A stretch of 64,000 bases of DNA from assembly GCA_034429015.1 (NCBI GenBank), contig DAOUHA010000012.1:70615-134614 (forward strand), given 5' to 3'. Within the stretch, counting starts at the first letter, position 1. Each line of letters begins with the position of its first letter. Shown in pieces: positions 1 to 9,935 of the stretch. Origin of the DNA: Longilinea sp. Lineage in GTDB: Bacteria; Chloroflexota; Anaerolineae; Anaerolineales; Anaerolineaceae. A model generated the notes under the pieces. That model had not been told where the DNA came from and did no database searches. It saw only the letters and a list, made by a program, of their open reading frames with translations. The position numbers and the translations under genes were made by a program.

Positions 1-100
1 GAGGTGGAGGGACCGGCCCGAAGATACCTCGGCAACCACGAAAAATCGTCGGTGCCAATTCCGGCAGAGCCTTCCCGGGGAAGGCATTCTGGAAGATGAG
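1..100 (+). promoter_or_regulatory. SAM-I (S-box) riboswitch aptamer, 5' part cut off by the window edge
   Basis: GAGGTGGAGGGACCGGCCCGAAGATACCTCGGCAACC...GGTGCCAATTCCGGCAGAG...GGAAGATGAG matches the conserved S-box core elements (GAGGGA/GGCCC, GGCAACC, GGTGC-AATTCC-GCAG, P1 3' strand). It lies directly upstream of metH. Confidence 0.85.
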
Positions 101-120
101 CGAGCTTGCCGTTCACGTCA

Positions 121-152
121 ACCGCCTCTCTTACCAGCGAGGCGGTTTCTTA
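121..152 (+). terminator. Intrinsic terminator / expression platform of the SAM riboswitch
   Basis: ACCGCCTC (121-128), a 10-nt loop, GAGGCGGT (139-146), then TTTCTT. It sits between the aptamer and the metH RBS (GGAGG at about 169-173). Confidence 0.7.
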
Positions 153-180
153 ATAACGATCGAACACTGGAGGTCTGCCC

Positions 181-3100
181 ATGAACCGAACCCATACCAA
201 CCGCCGTTATCTCGATGCATTGCAGGATCATGTGATGATCTTTGATGGAGCCATGGGAACCAGCCTTCAGTCCCAGAACCTGACTGCTGAACATTTCGGT
301 GGGGAACGAACCATGGGCTGCAACGATTATCTCGTCATAACCCACCCGCAAGCCGTGGAAACGGTCCACCGCTCCTTCCTGGATGTTGGGGTGGATGTAA
401 TTGAGACCTGTACATTCCGTTCCAACCGGTTAACTCTTGGGGAATATGGTTTGGGGGAACAGGTAATGGAAATAAACCGGGTGGCTGCGCAACTGGCACG
501 CAAATTGGCAGATGAATACTCCCGATCCACCGGTCATCCCCGCTTTGTCGCCGGCTCCATTGGTCCCACCGGAAAGCTTCCCTCGATGAATGATTCTGAG
601 TTGTCCAACATCACCTTCGATGAACTTGCGGACATCTTTCGTGAACAGTCTGTGGGACTTATCGAAGGAGGGGTTGACCTGCTGATCATTGAAACATCCC
701 AGGATATCCTGGAAGTGAAGGCTGCAATTGACGGAGTTCAGCGCGCCTTTCTTGAAATGGGTCAATATCTTCCCATTCAAGCCCAGGTGACACTGGATAC
801 CGCCGGTAGAATGCTGCTGGGCACCGACATCCATGCGGTTATGGCGATATTAGAGCCATTGCCTGTGGATGTCATTGGCATCAATTGCTCCACCGGACCG
901 GAGCACATGCGCGAACCCATCCGCATCCTGGGAGAGACCTCCAATCTGCCTGTCTCCTGCATTCCCAATGCCGGTCTGCCAATTAATGTGGACGGACAGG
1001 CTGTTTATCCTTTGCAGCCCGAACCCTTCGCTGATGCCCTTTTGGAATTTGTGGAAAAGAACAACATTTCGGTGGTCGGCGGCTGCTGCGGCACCACACC
1101 GGCACACTTAGAAAAGGTCGTGGAAAAACTGCACAATCACCCCAACCCGCGTAGACCCAGGCTGGAGATTCCCCGCCTGGCATCCGCCATTCAGGCAGTG
1201 GACATGCAACAGGAACCGGCTCCTTTCCTCATTGGGGAACGGTTGAATACAGCCGGCAGCGCCAAATTCAAACAACTCGTCCTGGCAGATGATTTTGATG
1301 GTTCCCTGTCCATTGCCCGCCAGCAGGTCAATAACGGGGCGCATGGATTGGACCTCTGTGTGGCACTGACCGAACGCCCGGATGAAGCAGCCTTGATGAC
1401 CCGCCTGATCAAAACCCTCGCCTCCACCGTCCGGATTCCATTCGTGATCGACTCAACTGAACCGGATGTCATGGAGGCTGCCCTGAAGACTGCACCAGGA
1501 CGATGTCTGTTGAATTCCACCCATCTCGAAGGGGGCAGGGATCGTGCTGATCGGGTATTTGGCTTGGCAAAGCGATATTCAGCGGCAGTTATTTGCCTGA
1601 CCATTGACGAACAAGGCATGGCTCGAATAGCTGATCGCAAACTCACGGTTGCGAACCGCCTGTATGAGATTGCAACCAGGGAATATGGCTTGCGCCCCTG
1701 TGATCTTGTTTTCGATGGTTTGACCTTCACGCTGGCGACTGGTGATCCGGATTTTGCCAATAGTGCAGTGGAAACTCTGGATGCCATCCCGCGCATCAAG
1801 GCGGAATTGCCGGGTGTTCTGACCTCACTGGGGATAAGCAATGTATCCTTTGGCTTGCAGCCCGAAGCCCGGGCTGTAATTAATAGTGTCTTCCTGTTCC
1901 ATGCCGTTCAGGCGGGTTTGGACATGGCAATTGTCAATCCCGCGCACATCACACCTTATGCGGAAATTCCTGAAGAGGAACGGGAACTGGCGGAAGACCT
2001 GATCTTCAACCGGCGGGAGAATTCCCTCTCCCACCTGCTCCAATATTTTCATACCATAAAACATCCAACCGGGTCTGCTGAAACTACAAAATCCGCCCTT
2101 CAATCCCTCCCACCAGAGGAACGCCTGCACCGCTTCATTCTGCAGCGTCAAAAAGAGGGAGTGGCAGAGGCAATCGATGAAATCATCAATCAGGTTCCGG
2201 CAGAAGTGCGGAATCAGGCAGCGGTAAACATCCTTAATTCAGTTTTGCTGCCTGCCATGAAAGAGGTCGGGGATAAGTTTGGAACCGGCGAATTGATCCT
2301 GCCGTTTGTGCTTCAATCCGCTGAAGTGATGAAAAAAGCCGTGGCGCACCTGGAAAAATACCTGGAACGCAAAGAGGGCATTTCCAAAGGTCGGGTGGTG
2401 CTGGCTACGGTCCATGGTGATGTACACGATATTGGCAAGAACCTGGTGAAAACCATCCTGATCAATAACGGCTATACGGTTTTTGACCTGGGAAAACAAG
2501 TTCCGGTGGAGACCATCATTACCAAAGCCGTTGAAAATAATGCGGATGCCATCGGTTTGAGCGCCCTCCTGGTCAACACCAGCCGGCAGATGCCATTGAT
2601 TGTCAATGAATTGCACCGGCGCGGATTACAGATTCCTGTATTGATTGGCGGAGCTGCCATTAACCGGCGTTTCGGACACCGCATCCTGTTAACCGACAAT
2701 AATGAGTGGTACCCCACTGGTGTGTTTTACTGCAAGGATGCCTTTGAGGGTCTTTCCACCATGGATGCACTTACATCACCGGATCATACGGTTTTGCTGG
2801 AACGCATCCGGCAGGAAGCCGCCCTTGAACTGGGTCGGAATACCCACCCATTCCTGGGAGAAACCCAACAACATTCCGGAACACCTCCAGCAGCATCAAT
2901 TCCGCGGGTCCCCGGCTGGGGCGTGCGCATCGTCCAGGAGATGCCTTTGGAATCGGTTTTTAATTATCTCTCCATCAATGAACTTTACCGGCTGTCATGG
3001 GGGGCGAAAAACATCCAGGGGGAAGCCTGGGAGAAGATTAAAGCCGAATTTGATTCCCGGTTGAATGAAATGCAGCAGGAGGCAGTGAGTACCGGCTGGT

Positions 3101-3690
3101 TAAAACCCCGGGGGGTGTATGGTTATTTTCCAGCCCAGGCAAATGGTGATGATGTTGTCATTTATGACCCTGTCTCCCTGGACTCTTCACCAATTGAACT
3201 CACCCGCTTCCATTTCCCACGCCAGTCAGACGGTGAATACCTGTGCCTGGCGGATTACTTTACATCTGTTGAATCCGGAATCATGGATGTGGTCGCCTTA
3301 CAAGTGGTGACGGTAGGCAAGGAAGCCACGGATCAGGTCGACCGGCTGCAGGCAACCGGGGATTATTCCGCGGCTTACTTCCTCCATGGGCTGGCTGTTC
3401 AGACTGCGGAAGCTGCAGCGGAATATCTTCACCAGCACATTCGCAGGGAACTGGGATTGGCGTCCGATCAGGGAAAAAGATATTCCTGGGGCTACCCTCC
3501 TCTGCCAAATTTAAACGATCATGCCAGAGTGTTCAGGCTTCTACCGGTTGAACGCGAGCTGGGCATGAGCCTGACATCAGCTTTCCAGCTTGTTCCCGAA
3601 CAATCCACGGCTGCGCTGATTGTGCATCATCCCCAGGCAAAGTATTTCAATATCGGTGATAACCGGATTGACCAATTGCTTGAGAAGTAA
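181..3690 (+). CDS. metH: Cobalamin-dependent methionine synthase
   Basis: 1169 aa. Hcy-binding domain (FDGAMGT, GGCCGTTP zinc site), pterin-binding domain, B12-binding DxHxxG motif (DVHDIG) with SALL and GGA motifs, and a C-terminal AdoMet-activation domain (RYSWGYP). Confidence 0.97.
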   Translation: MNRTHTNRRYLDALQDHVMIFDGAMGTSLQSQNLTAEHFGGERTMGCNDYLVITHPQAVETVHRSFLDVGVDVIETCTFRSNRLTLGEYGLGEQVMEINRVAAQLARKLADEYSRSTGHPRFVAGSIGPTGKLPSMNDSELSNITFDELADIFREQSVGLIEGGVDLLIIETSQDILEVKAAIDGVQRAFLEMGQYLPIQAQVTLDTAGRMLLGTDIHAVMAILEPLPVDVIGINCSTGPEHMREPIRILGETSNLPVSCIPNAGLPINVDGQAVYPLQPEPFADALLEFVEKNNISVVGGCCGTTPAHLEKVVEKLHNHPNPRRPRLEIPRLASAIQAVDMQQEPAPFLIGERLNTAGSAKFKQLVLADDFDGSLSIARQQVNNGAHGLDLCVALTERPDEAALMTRLIKTLASTVRIPFVIDSTEPDVMEAALKTAPGRCLLNSTHLEGGRDRADRVFGLAKRYSAAVICLTIDEQGMARIADRKLTVANRLYEIATREYGLRPCDLVFDGLTFTLATGDPDFANSAVETLDAIPRIKAELPGVLTSLGISNVSFGLQPEARAVINSVFLFHAVQAGLDMAIVNPAHITPYAEIPEEERELAEDLIFNRRENSLSHLLQYFHTIKHPTGSAETTKSALQSLPPEERLHRFILQRQKEGVAEAIDEIINQVPAEVRNQAAVNILNSVLLPAMKEVGDKFGTGELILPFVLQSAEVMKKAVAHLEKYLERKEGISKGRVVLATVHGDVHDIGKNLVKTILINNGYTVFDLGKQVPVETIITKAVENNADAIGLSALLVNTSRQMPLIVNELHRRGLQIPVLIGGAAINRRFGHRILLTDNNEWYPTGVFYCKDAFEGLSTMDALTSPDHTVLLERIRQEAALELGRNTHPFLGETQQHSGTPPAASIPRVPGWGVRIVQEMPLESVFNYLSINELYRLSWGAKNIQGEAWEKIKAEFDSRLNEMQQEAVSTGWLKPRGVYGYFPAQANGDDVVIYDPVSLDSSPIELTRFHFPRQSDGEYLCLADYFTSVESGIMDVVALQVVTVGKEATDQVDRLQATGDYSAAYFLHGLAVQTAEAAAEYLHQHIRRELGLASDQGKRYSWGYPPLPNLNDHARVFRLLPVERELGMSLTSAFQLVPEQSTAALIVHHPQAKYFNIGDNRIDQLLEK

Positions 3691-3714
3691 CTTTCCCAAT
3701 AAAAGGATTTCTCC

Positions 3715-5586
3715 ATGAATGAACCACAACGATTTCAGGAAATTATCCAACACGGTGGACCACCGTTGATTTCCGACGGAGCCATGGGGACATTATTGAA
3801 TGCACGTGGAATTAGTTTTGAACAATCCTTCGACTCGTTGAATTTGATCAACCCCGCGCTGGTGGCTCAAATCCATCGTGAATATATTGACGCCGGTTCC
3901 ACCATGATCCAGACCAATACATTCAGCGCGAACCGCTTCAAACTGGCACTGCATGGTCAGGAACACCTGTTGAGGGAAATCAATAAAGCCGGAGTTGAAC
4001 TTGCCCGCCGGGTGGTGTTGGCATCTTTCAAGGATGTCCTGATTGCCGGGGACATTGGTCCACTGGGAGTGCGGCTGGCACCGTTTGGACGGGTTCAGCC
4101 GGAACAGGCTTACCAGGTGTTTTCCGAGCAAATCAGCTCCCTGGCTGAAGCAGGCGTGGATTTATTAATCATCGAAACCATGACCGATTTATTTGAACTT
4201 GACGAAGCAATCCGGGCAGCCCGCGAGGCGGCATCCGGTCTGGGGATCATCGCTTCGATGACCTTCACCCGGGATAACCGTACCCTTTTGGGTGACAGCC
4301 CCGCCAAGGTTGCCCGCCACCTGGTGGAATCAGGCGTCGAGGTGATCGGAGTCAACTGTTCGGGAGGTCCCAGCCAGATCTTGCATATCCTGCGGGAGAT
4401 GCACCAGGCGGTGCCGGAAGCCAGGCTGTCCGCCATGCCGAATGCTGGCTGGCCGCAGCAGGTGGGCGGGCGGATCATGTATCCAGCCGGGGCAAGTTAC
4501 TTCAGCGAATATGCCCTGGCGTTCTGGCAATATGGCGCGGTGGTAATTGGCGGCTGCTGCGGAACAACCCCCCAGCATATTGCTGCCATGCGCAAGTCAA
4601 TTGATTCCACTCCGGAACGCCCCACCAATGGACAGGATGCCCTGGCTGTTTTGGAGCTTGATGACCAGGCGGCTGAAATCCATCAACCCACCCAGTTTGC
4701 CCAGAAACTTGCCGACGGGCAGTTTGTATTTGCTGTGGAAATGGACCCGCCGCGCGGTCTCAGCACCCACAAATTACTGGCGGGAGCCAGCCTTCTCTCC
4801 GAGGCGGGTGCCGATGTCATTGACGTTGCAGACAGCCCGATGGCACGCATGCGGATGAGTCCCTGGGCAGTCTGCAGCCTGATCCAACGCAAGGTGGGTA
4901 TTGAAACCACGCTTCATTTTCCGACCCGGGGTCGCAACCTGCTGCGTGTTCAGGGAGACTTGCTGGCTGCCCATGCACTGGGAGTGCACAACGTTTTTGT
5001 TGTCATGGGAGACCCCACAGCCATCGGCGATTATCCGGATGCGATGGACAATTATGACCTGGTTCCCTCGGGCTTGATCAAACTCATCAAACAGGGGTTC
5101 AATGTTGGTCTGGATCATGCCGGTACCGACATCGGTCAGCCAACATCGTTTTTTGTCGGTTGTGCACTTAACCTTCATCCGGAAAACCTGCAGAATGAAA
5201 TCAGAATCCTTAAAAGGAAAATCCAATCGGGCGCGGATTTTATCCTGACCCAGCCCACATACAACCCAAAATCAGCCCTGGAAAACTTGAGAATCATCCG
5301 GGATTCCCTGGAGGGTTTGGAAATCCCCATCCTGGCGGGCATCCTGCCACTGGCATCCACCCGGCATGCTCAATATTTATATCATGAAGTACCAGGAATC
5401 CTCATCCCGGAGATGATACTCCAGCAAATGAATTCCACAGCCGATAACGGCGGGCAACTGGGAATGAAAATTGCGATAGAATTAATCAGTGAATTACGCC
5501 CTGCCATCCAGGGTGTGTACCTAATGCCGGCATTCAGCCGGTATGATATTGCTGCTGAGATCATTGAAACCATCAAAGCAGAATAA
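3715..5586 (+). CDS. Bifunctional homocysteine S-methyltransferase / 5,10-methylenetetrahydrofolate reductase (YitJ-like)
   Basis: 623 aa. The N-terminal half has SDGAMGT and GGCCGTTPQH (Hcy S-methyltransferase). The C-terminal half is MetF/MTHFR-like (FAVEMDPPRG, TIM-barrel pattern). Confidence 0.88.
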   Translation: MNEPQRFQEIIQHGGPPLISDGAMGTLLNARGISFEQSFDSLNLINPALVAQIHREYIDAGSTMIQTNTFSANRFKLALHGQEHLLREINKAGVELARRVVLASFKDVLIAGDIGPLGVRLAPFGRVQPEQAYQVFSEQISSLAEAGVDLLIIETMTDLFELDEAIRAAREAASGLGIIASMTFTRDNRTLLGDSPAKVARHLVESGVEVIGVNCSGGPSQILHILREMHQAVPEARLSAMPNAGWPQQVGGRIMYPAGASYFSEYALAFWQYGAVVIGGCCGTTPQHIAAMRKSIDSTPERPTNGQDALAVLELDDQAAEIHQPTQFAQKLADGQFVFAVEMDPPRGLSTHKLLAGASLLSEAGADVIDVADSPMARMRMSPWAVCSLIQRKVGIETTLHFPTRGRNLLRVQGDLLAAHALGVHNVFVVMGDPTAIGDYPDAMDNYDLVPSGLIKLIKQGFNVGLDHAGTDIGQPTSFFVGCALNLHPENLQNEIRILKRKIQSGADFILTQPTYNPKSALENLRIIRDSLEGLEIPILAGILPLASTRHAQYLYHEVPGILIPEMILQQMNSTADNGGQLGMKIAIELISELRPAIQGVYLMPAFSRYDIAAEIIETIKAE

Positions 5587-5603
5587 TTCGGAAGGGGTGG
5601 GAT

Positions 5604-6374
5604 ATGCTGCTGACAATTGACATGGGTAACACCAACCTGACCCTGGGGTTATACCAAAAAGGTGTGACGGGTCCACGTTGGCGATTGGCTACTGATCACG
5701 AACGCATGCCGGATGAATATGGTCTGCAGTTCCTGGGATTATTGCAGTATAGTGAAGTTACTGCAAACCAATTGGAGGGGGTTTGCCTTTGTTCGGTCGT
5801 GCCACCGCTGACCGGTCGCATCACCGACGCCTGCCGACAATATCTGAAGCAGGATCCCCTGGTCGTCAGCGCCAGCCTGAATACAGGTATAAAAATTGGG
5901 TATGAGGATCCTTCTGCTGTCGGGGCAGATCGGATTGCTGATGCAGTTGCTGTCCATACACTTTATGGTGGACCCGCCTGTGTGATTGATTTTGGTACCG
6001 CCACCACCTTCAATGCCATCACCCGGGAAGGTGAATACCTGGGAGGAGCCATTACTGCCGGAGTGGGACTGGCGGCAAATGCACTTTTTGAGCATACTGC
6101 CAAATTACCCCCGGTGGAACTGGCGGCTCCGCCGAATGTCATTGGTCGGAATACTGTGCATGCCATGCAAGCCGGGTTGATCTTCGGTTATGTCGCCATG
6201 GTGGAGGGCATGACTGCCCGTTTCCGTTCCATCCTTGGAGAAGACATGAAAGTCATCGCCACAGGTGGGCTCTCCGAGGTGATTGCCCATGAGACATGGG
6301 TTATTGATATCATTGCCCCCTGGCTGACATTGGACGGCTTGCGCATCATTTGGGAACGCAATCATCCGGCTTGA
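5604..6374 (+). CDS. coaX: Type III pantothenate kinase
   Basis: 256 aa. N-terminal LLTIDMGNTN and later DFGTATT, the ASKHA-fold phosphate motifs typical of CoaX. Confidence 0.9.
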   Translation: MLLTIDMGNTNLTLGLYQKGVTGPRWRLATDHERMPDEYGLQFLGLLQYSEVTANQLEGVCLCSVVPPLTGRITDACRQYLKQDPLVVSASLNTGIKIGYEDPSAVGADRIADAVAVHTLYGGPACVIDFGTATTFNAITREGEYLGGAITAGVGLAANALFEHTAKLPPVELAAPPNVIGRNTVHAMQAGLIFGYVAMVEGMTARFRSILGEDMKVIATGGLSEVIAHETWVIDIIAPWLTLDGLRIIWERNHPA

Positions 6375-6394
6375 TATCCATAGATGGGAGGAAC

Positions 6395-7609
6395 ATGAAT
6401 CCAATATCCGGAAAAAACATTGTTTTAGGGGTCACCGGTTCCATTGCTGCATATAAAGCAGCTGACCTTGCATCCAAACTACACCAGGCTGGGGGGATGA
6501 TCAATGTGGTCCTCACGCCCAGTGCCTGTCAGTTCATCACGCCCATCACCTTTCAATCGGTAACCGGACGAAAGGCATATGTCGATGCGGATCTTTGGGG
6601 TGGGGAAGCTCATGTCGTGCATATTGACCTGGGGCATAACGCAGACCTGGTGGTAATCGCCCCGGGCAGTGCCAATACGATTGCGAAGCTGGCGCATGGT
6701 ATTGCAGACAATCTGCTGACTGTCACTGTGCTGGCAGCAAACTGCCCGGTATTAATTGCCCCCGCCATGGATGGGGACATGTATGCTCATCCCGCCACCC
6801 AGGCAAACCTTGAAATCCTGAAGGATCGGGGGGTGGAGTTCATCGGACCGGGTGAAGGGCACCTGGCTTCTGGTTTGATGGGCAAGGGGCGCATGGTGGA
6901 GCCCAGTGAAATTATGGATCATATCCGCTGGATGATGGCTGGAAATGGAGAATTGCAGGGACGTAAAGTTGTGGTCACCGCCGGAGGCACCCAGGAACCC
7001 ATTGATCCGGTGCGTATGATTGCCAACCGCTCCTCCGGCAAACAGGGATATGCGATTGCCCGGGCAGCCCTGGACCTGGGTGCAAATGTGGTATTGATAT
7101 CCGCGCCCACCTCCCTGCCCGCGCCATATGGCTGCCGCCGGGTGGATGTCTCCACGGCATATGAGATGCTTGCGGCTGTCCAGCAGGAAATTGGGAATGC
7201 CGATATTCTGTTGATGGCGGCAGCAGTTGCGGATTTCCATCCGAGACAAGCATCGGAACAAAAAATCAAAAAAAACAGCCGGCTCCAGGAAATCCCATTG
7301 GAACCCACCCGGGATATCCTGGAATGTATTGGTGAAATCAGACAAAAAACCGGTTTCCCCCGCAGGGTCGTGGGATTTGCCGCAGAGACCGAATCCGTGC
7401 TGGAAAATGCCCGTCAAAAATTGACAGCCAAAAAATTGGATTTGATTGTGGCGAATGATGTCAGTGCACCCGATTCCGGCTTTTCGGTGGATACCAACCG
7501 GGTGACTTTCCTGTTTCCGGATGGACAGGTGAAGCCGCAGGCTCTTGCGACGAAATATGAGGTGGCGGAAGCAATCATGAAAATCGTGGTAGAATGGCTC
7601 CAGGATTGA
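6395..7609 (+). CDS. coaBC: Bifunctional phosphopantothenoylcysteine decarboxylase / phosphopantothenate-cysteine ligase
   Basis: GVTGSIAAYK flavoprotein motif, PAMDGDMY, and the CoaB half with AAVADF. I moved the start to ATG 6395, which is preceded by GGGAGG. The track start at 6350 overlaps coaX. Confidence 0.92.
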   Translation: MNPISGKNIVLGVTGSIAAYKAADLASKLHQAGGMINVVLTPSACQFITPITFQSVTGRKAYVDADLWGGEAHVVHIDLGHNADLVVIAPGSANTIAKLAHGIADNLLTVTVLAANCPVLIAPAMDGDMYAHPATQANLEILKDRGVEFIGPGEGHLASGLMGKGRMVEPSEIMDHIRWMMAGNGELQGRKVVVTAGGTQEPIDPVRMIANRSSGKQGYAIARAALDLGANVVLISAPTSLPAPYGCRRVDVSTAYEMLAAVQQEIGNADILLMAAAVADFHPRQASEQKIKKNSRLQEIPLEPTRDILECIGEIRQKTGFPRRVVGFAAETESVLENARQKLTAKKLDLIVANDVSAPDSGFSVDTNRVTFLFPDGQVKPQALATKYEVAEAIMKIVVEWLQD

Positions 7610-7618
7610 TCCTGACCA

Positions 7619-8347
7619 ATGACAAAAATATTGGTGATATCTGATATCCATTCCAATCTGACCGCTTTGAATGCCGTCCTGGACGATGCAGGTCCAATGA
7701 ATGAAACCTGGTGTTTGGGGGATCTGGTGGGTTATGGAGCGGAACCGGATGACTGCGTGGAACGGCTTTCCAGGCTGCCTAATTTTACCTGCCTGATGGG
7801 AAACCATGACGCTGCAGTCATTGGGTCACTGCCGTTGGAATCCTTTAACTCTGATGCAAAATCATCCATCCAATGGACTCTCAGCAACATCAAATCAGAA
7901 TCATTGGATTATTTAAAAAATCTACCCACAATACGAATCATGGGGGATGTCACACTGGCTCATGCCAGCCCGCGCCTGCCAATCTGGGAATACATTCTGG
8001 ATACGGAAACCGCCCGCGTCAACATACTCAGTATGCAGACCCCCTTCGCTTTCGTGGGGCATACCCACCAGCCAATCAGATACAGTCAAAATGGTCAATA
8101 TTGGGTGGATTGGGAAATTCCCCTGGTTGGGAAGGAAATGCCCTTTCCCAGGACAGCCATCTTTAACCCGGGATCTGTTGGACAACCGCGGGATCGGGAT
8201 CCACGCGCCTCATATGCCATCTATGATGATGTGGAACATACCTGGGAAGCCCACCGGGTGGAATATGACGTGCAGGCGGCTCAACGGGCAATTCTGGATG
8301 CGGGGTTGCCACCCAGACATGCCCAGCGGCTTGGTGAAGGCTGGTAG
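7619..8347 (+). CDS. Metallophosphoesterase family protein (YfcE/MJ0936-like)
   Basis: 242 aa with the DIHSN, GDLVGYG, GNHD and GHTH metal-ligand motifs. Confidence 0.8.
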   Translation: MTKILVISDIHSNLTALNAVLDDAGPMNETWCLGDLVGYGAEPDDCVERLSRLPNFTCLMGNHDAAVIGSLPLESFNSDAKSSIQWTLSNIKSESLDYLKNLPTIRIMGDVTLAHASPRLPIWEYILDTETARVNILSMQTPFAFVGHTHQPIRYSQNGQYWVDWEIPLVGKEMPFPRTAIFNPGSVGQPRDRDPRASYAIYDDVEHTWEAHRVEYDVQAAQRAILDAGLPPRHAQRLGEGW

Positions 8348-8476
8348 CCGGCATCCAAGTTTCTTTGGGAATTCTTCAACCAAATATCTGAAAACTGAAA
8401 CTATTTTCGCTTGTGCGACGTCCTGTATACAAGCACAAGGAGTGAACCTCCGCCAACGATACCCGAGGAGAAGAAA

Positions 8477-9439
8477 ATGAAACGCACCTGGATTTATCTT
8501 GTTTTGATATTTACTTTACTCCTATCCGGCTGTTTACCCGCCAAGAAAACCGTGACGAACAAACAAATGTATGAGGAAGTCATAGCAGGCGTAATGAATT
8601 ATTCTGCGCCTGAAGCGGCACCTGCGTATGCAGCAGATAGGGGTGTTGCCGCTACATCATATTCAGGCGAAAGCATTCCGGAAGCCCGTCGTTTGATTAT
8701 CCAGAATGCGGATCTCTCGATCGTTGTGGTTGATCCGGCACTTGCCATGGATGCCATCATCAACATGACAACTGAAATGGGTGGGTTTGTCGTCAACACC
8801 AATCTTTACAAAACCAAAACCTACGAGGGGATCGAGGTTCCAGTTGCAAATCTAATTGTCCGCGTTCCTGCCGAAAAATTAAAAGAAGCTCTCGAGTCGA
8901 TCAAGAAACTCACTCCCAAACCATCCGAGGATGTTCTCTCCGAAAATATCAGCGGGCAGGATGTCACCAAGGATTACACAGACCTGTCCTCCCGCCTGGG
9001 CAATCTGCAGAATGCTGCCAGCCAGTTGCGTGAAATTCTGGCAAGCGCCTATAAAACCGAAGATGTTCTTTCCGTATACCGTGAATTGACCAAAGTCACA
9101 GAGGAAATTGAAGTAATCAAGGGTCAGATGCAGTATTACGAAGAAGCTGCTGCCATGTCCGCAATTACTGTAAACATCCAGGCAAAGGAAGCTGTCAAGC
9201 CATTAACCGTGGCAGGCTGGAAACCAGTTGGAACCGCCCTGGAAGCGGTTCAGGCATTGCTGAACTTCTGGCGCGGGTTTGTTGATTTTCTGATCCGATT
9301 TGCACTTTATGTCCTGCCCATGCTGATCACAATTGGTCTGCCCATTCTGGGTATCTTCCTGCTCGTTCGTGGGCTGATCCAACGCCGCAGGAAACGCAAA
9401 CAGGCTGTCACACCGGTCAACCCGCCAGAGGAAAAGTAA
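8477..9439 (+). CDS. DUF4349-like secreted/lipoprotein with a C-terminal membrane anchor
   Basis: Signal peptide with LLSGC lipobox, central coiled-coil region and a C-terminal double TM segment, the layout I associate with DUF4349. Start taken at ATG 8477 (MKRTW); the track start at 8411 is TTG. Confidence 0.55.
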   Translation: MKRTWIYLVLIFTLLLSGCLPAKKTVTNKQMYEEVIAGVMNYSAPEAAPAYAADRGVAATSYSGESIPEARRLIIQNADLSIVVVDPALAMDAIINMTTEMGGFVVNTNLYKTKTYEGIEVPVANLIVRVPAEKLKEALESIKKLTPKPSEDVLSENISGQDVTKDYTDLSSRLGNLQNAASQLREILASAYKTEDVLSVYRELTKVTEEIEVIKGQMQYYEEAAAMSAITVNIQAKEAVKPLTVAGWKPVGTALEAVQALLNFWRGFVDFLIRFALYVLPMLITIGLPILGIFLLVRGLIQRRRKRKQAVTPVNPPEEK

Positions 9440-9461
9440 ACTTCAATTTGAATGTCTGAAT

Positions 9462-9505
9462 CAGCTCCCCATATCGATCATGCAGTGGGGAGCTGAATTC
9501 ATTTT
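9462..9505 (+). terminator. Intrinsic terminator
   Basis: CAGCTCCCC (9462-9470), loop, GGGGAGCTG (9487-9495), followed by a T-rich tail (AATTCATTTTC). Confidence 0.6.
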
Positions 9506-9605
9506 CTACAATTGGTCAGAGGGTTGTATAATAAAAAAAATCCCCTGCATATCCCGGGATGTTATTTCATAATATTGAATCGTGGATGCTTGGAAAGGAA
9601 TTGTC

Positions 9606-9896
9606 ATGGAAATGAAAACCCCCATTCAAAAACCCGGATTCTTTACATCTCCACTGTCAAGACATGGCTGGCCGCGTTGGCTGGTTATTGTGATGGGTGT
9701 AATCGGTATTTTATACATCCTCAATCCGACTGCTGGATTATTTGAGTTATTGCCGGATAACCTTCCCATAGTCGGCAATCTGGATGAAGGTGTGGCATGG
9801 ATGTTGATCTGGTTCGGTTTGACGGAAATTTTTGAAGGTCGGAAGCCGAATATCATTGTGGAGACTCCCCCGGCATCACCCTGGGAGGAGGATTAA
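9606..9896 (+). CDS. Small membrane protein, DUF1232 (YkvA)-like
   Basis: LLPDNLPIVGNLDEG resembles the DUF1232 signature (PDxIPxxGxxDD). Two TM helices. ATG 9606 follows GGAAAGGAA. Confidence 0.5.
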   Translation: MEMKTPIQKPGFFTSPLSRHGWPRWLVIVMGVIGILYILNPTAGLFELLPDNLPIVGNLDEGVAWMLIWFGLTEIFEGRKPNIIVETPPASPWEED

Positions 9897-9935
9897 TCAA
9901 CTTCCATAATTTTTGATTACCGTGGAGATAGTTCC

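Noticed and set aside
6350-6394. Track-derived 5' extensions of several ORFs (starts at 6350, 8411, 9582, 21574, 22982, 29092, 36371, 37395, 39590, 42563, 43294, 60675, 60954).
   Set aside because: The extensions overlap the preceding gene, a promoter or a riboswitch terminator. An internal ATG with an SD sequence, or a family-typical N-terminus, is available in each case, so I used the shorter starts. The start of ORF 13494 (hycI) was shortened for the same reason, but to an internal TTG at 13380 rather than an ATG.
6752-7807. Long antisense ORFs: 351 aa opposite coaBC, 324 aa at 14929-15903 opposite the hydrogenase large subunit, 241 aa at 17365-18090, 234 aa at 18598-19302, 208 aa at 21711-22337, 208 aa at 62869-63495.
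   Set aside because: Each lies entirely inside a gene on the other strand that has strong family motifs. Their translations are low-complexity, Arg/Pro/Gly/His-rich and carry no recognisable motif. They are typical shadow ORFs.
8410-8439. Hairpin CTTGTGC...GCACAAG after the metallophosphoesterase gene, considered as a terminator or small regulatory RNA element.
   Set aside because: It has a 7-bp stem, a large loop and no U-tract. I cannot distinguish it from chance, and it matches no riboswitch core that I know.
9501-9532. Possible promoter TTCTAC-17-TATAAT upstream of the DUF1232-like gene.
   Set aside because: The -10 element is perfect, but the -35 matches only 3 of 6 positions and the region is generally AT-rich. 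That is too weak to list as a feature.
9512-9745. 77-aa ORF upstream of and overlapping the DUF1232-like gene.
   Set aside because: It starts inside the AT-rich promoter/terminator region, overlaps the better-supported frame and has no motif or RBS.
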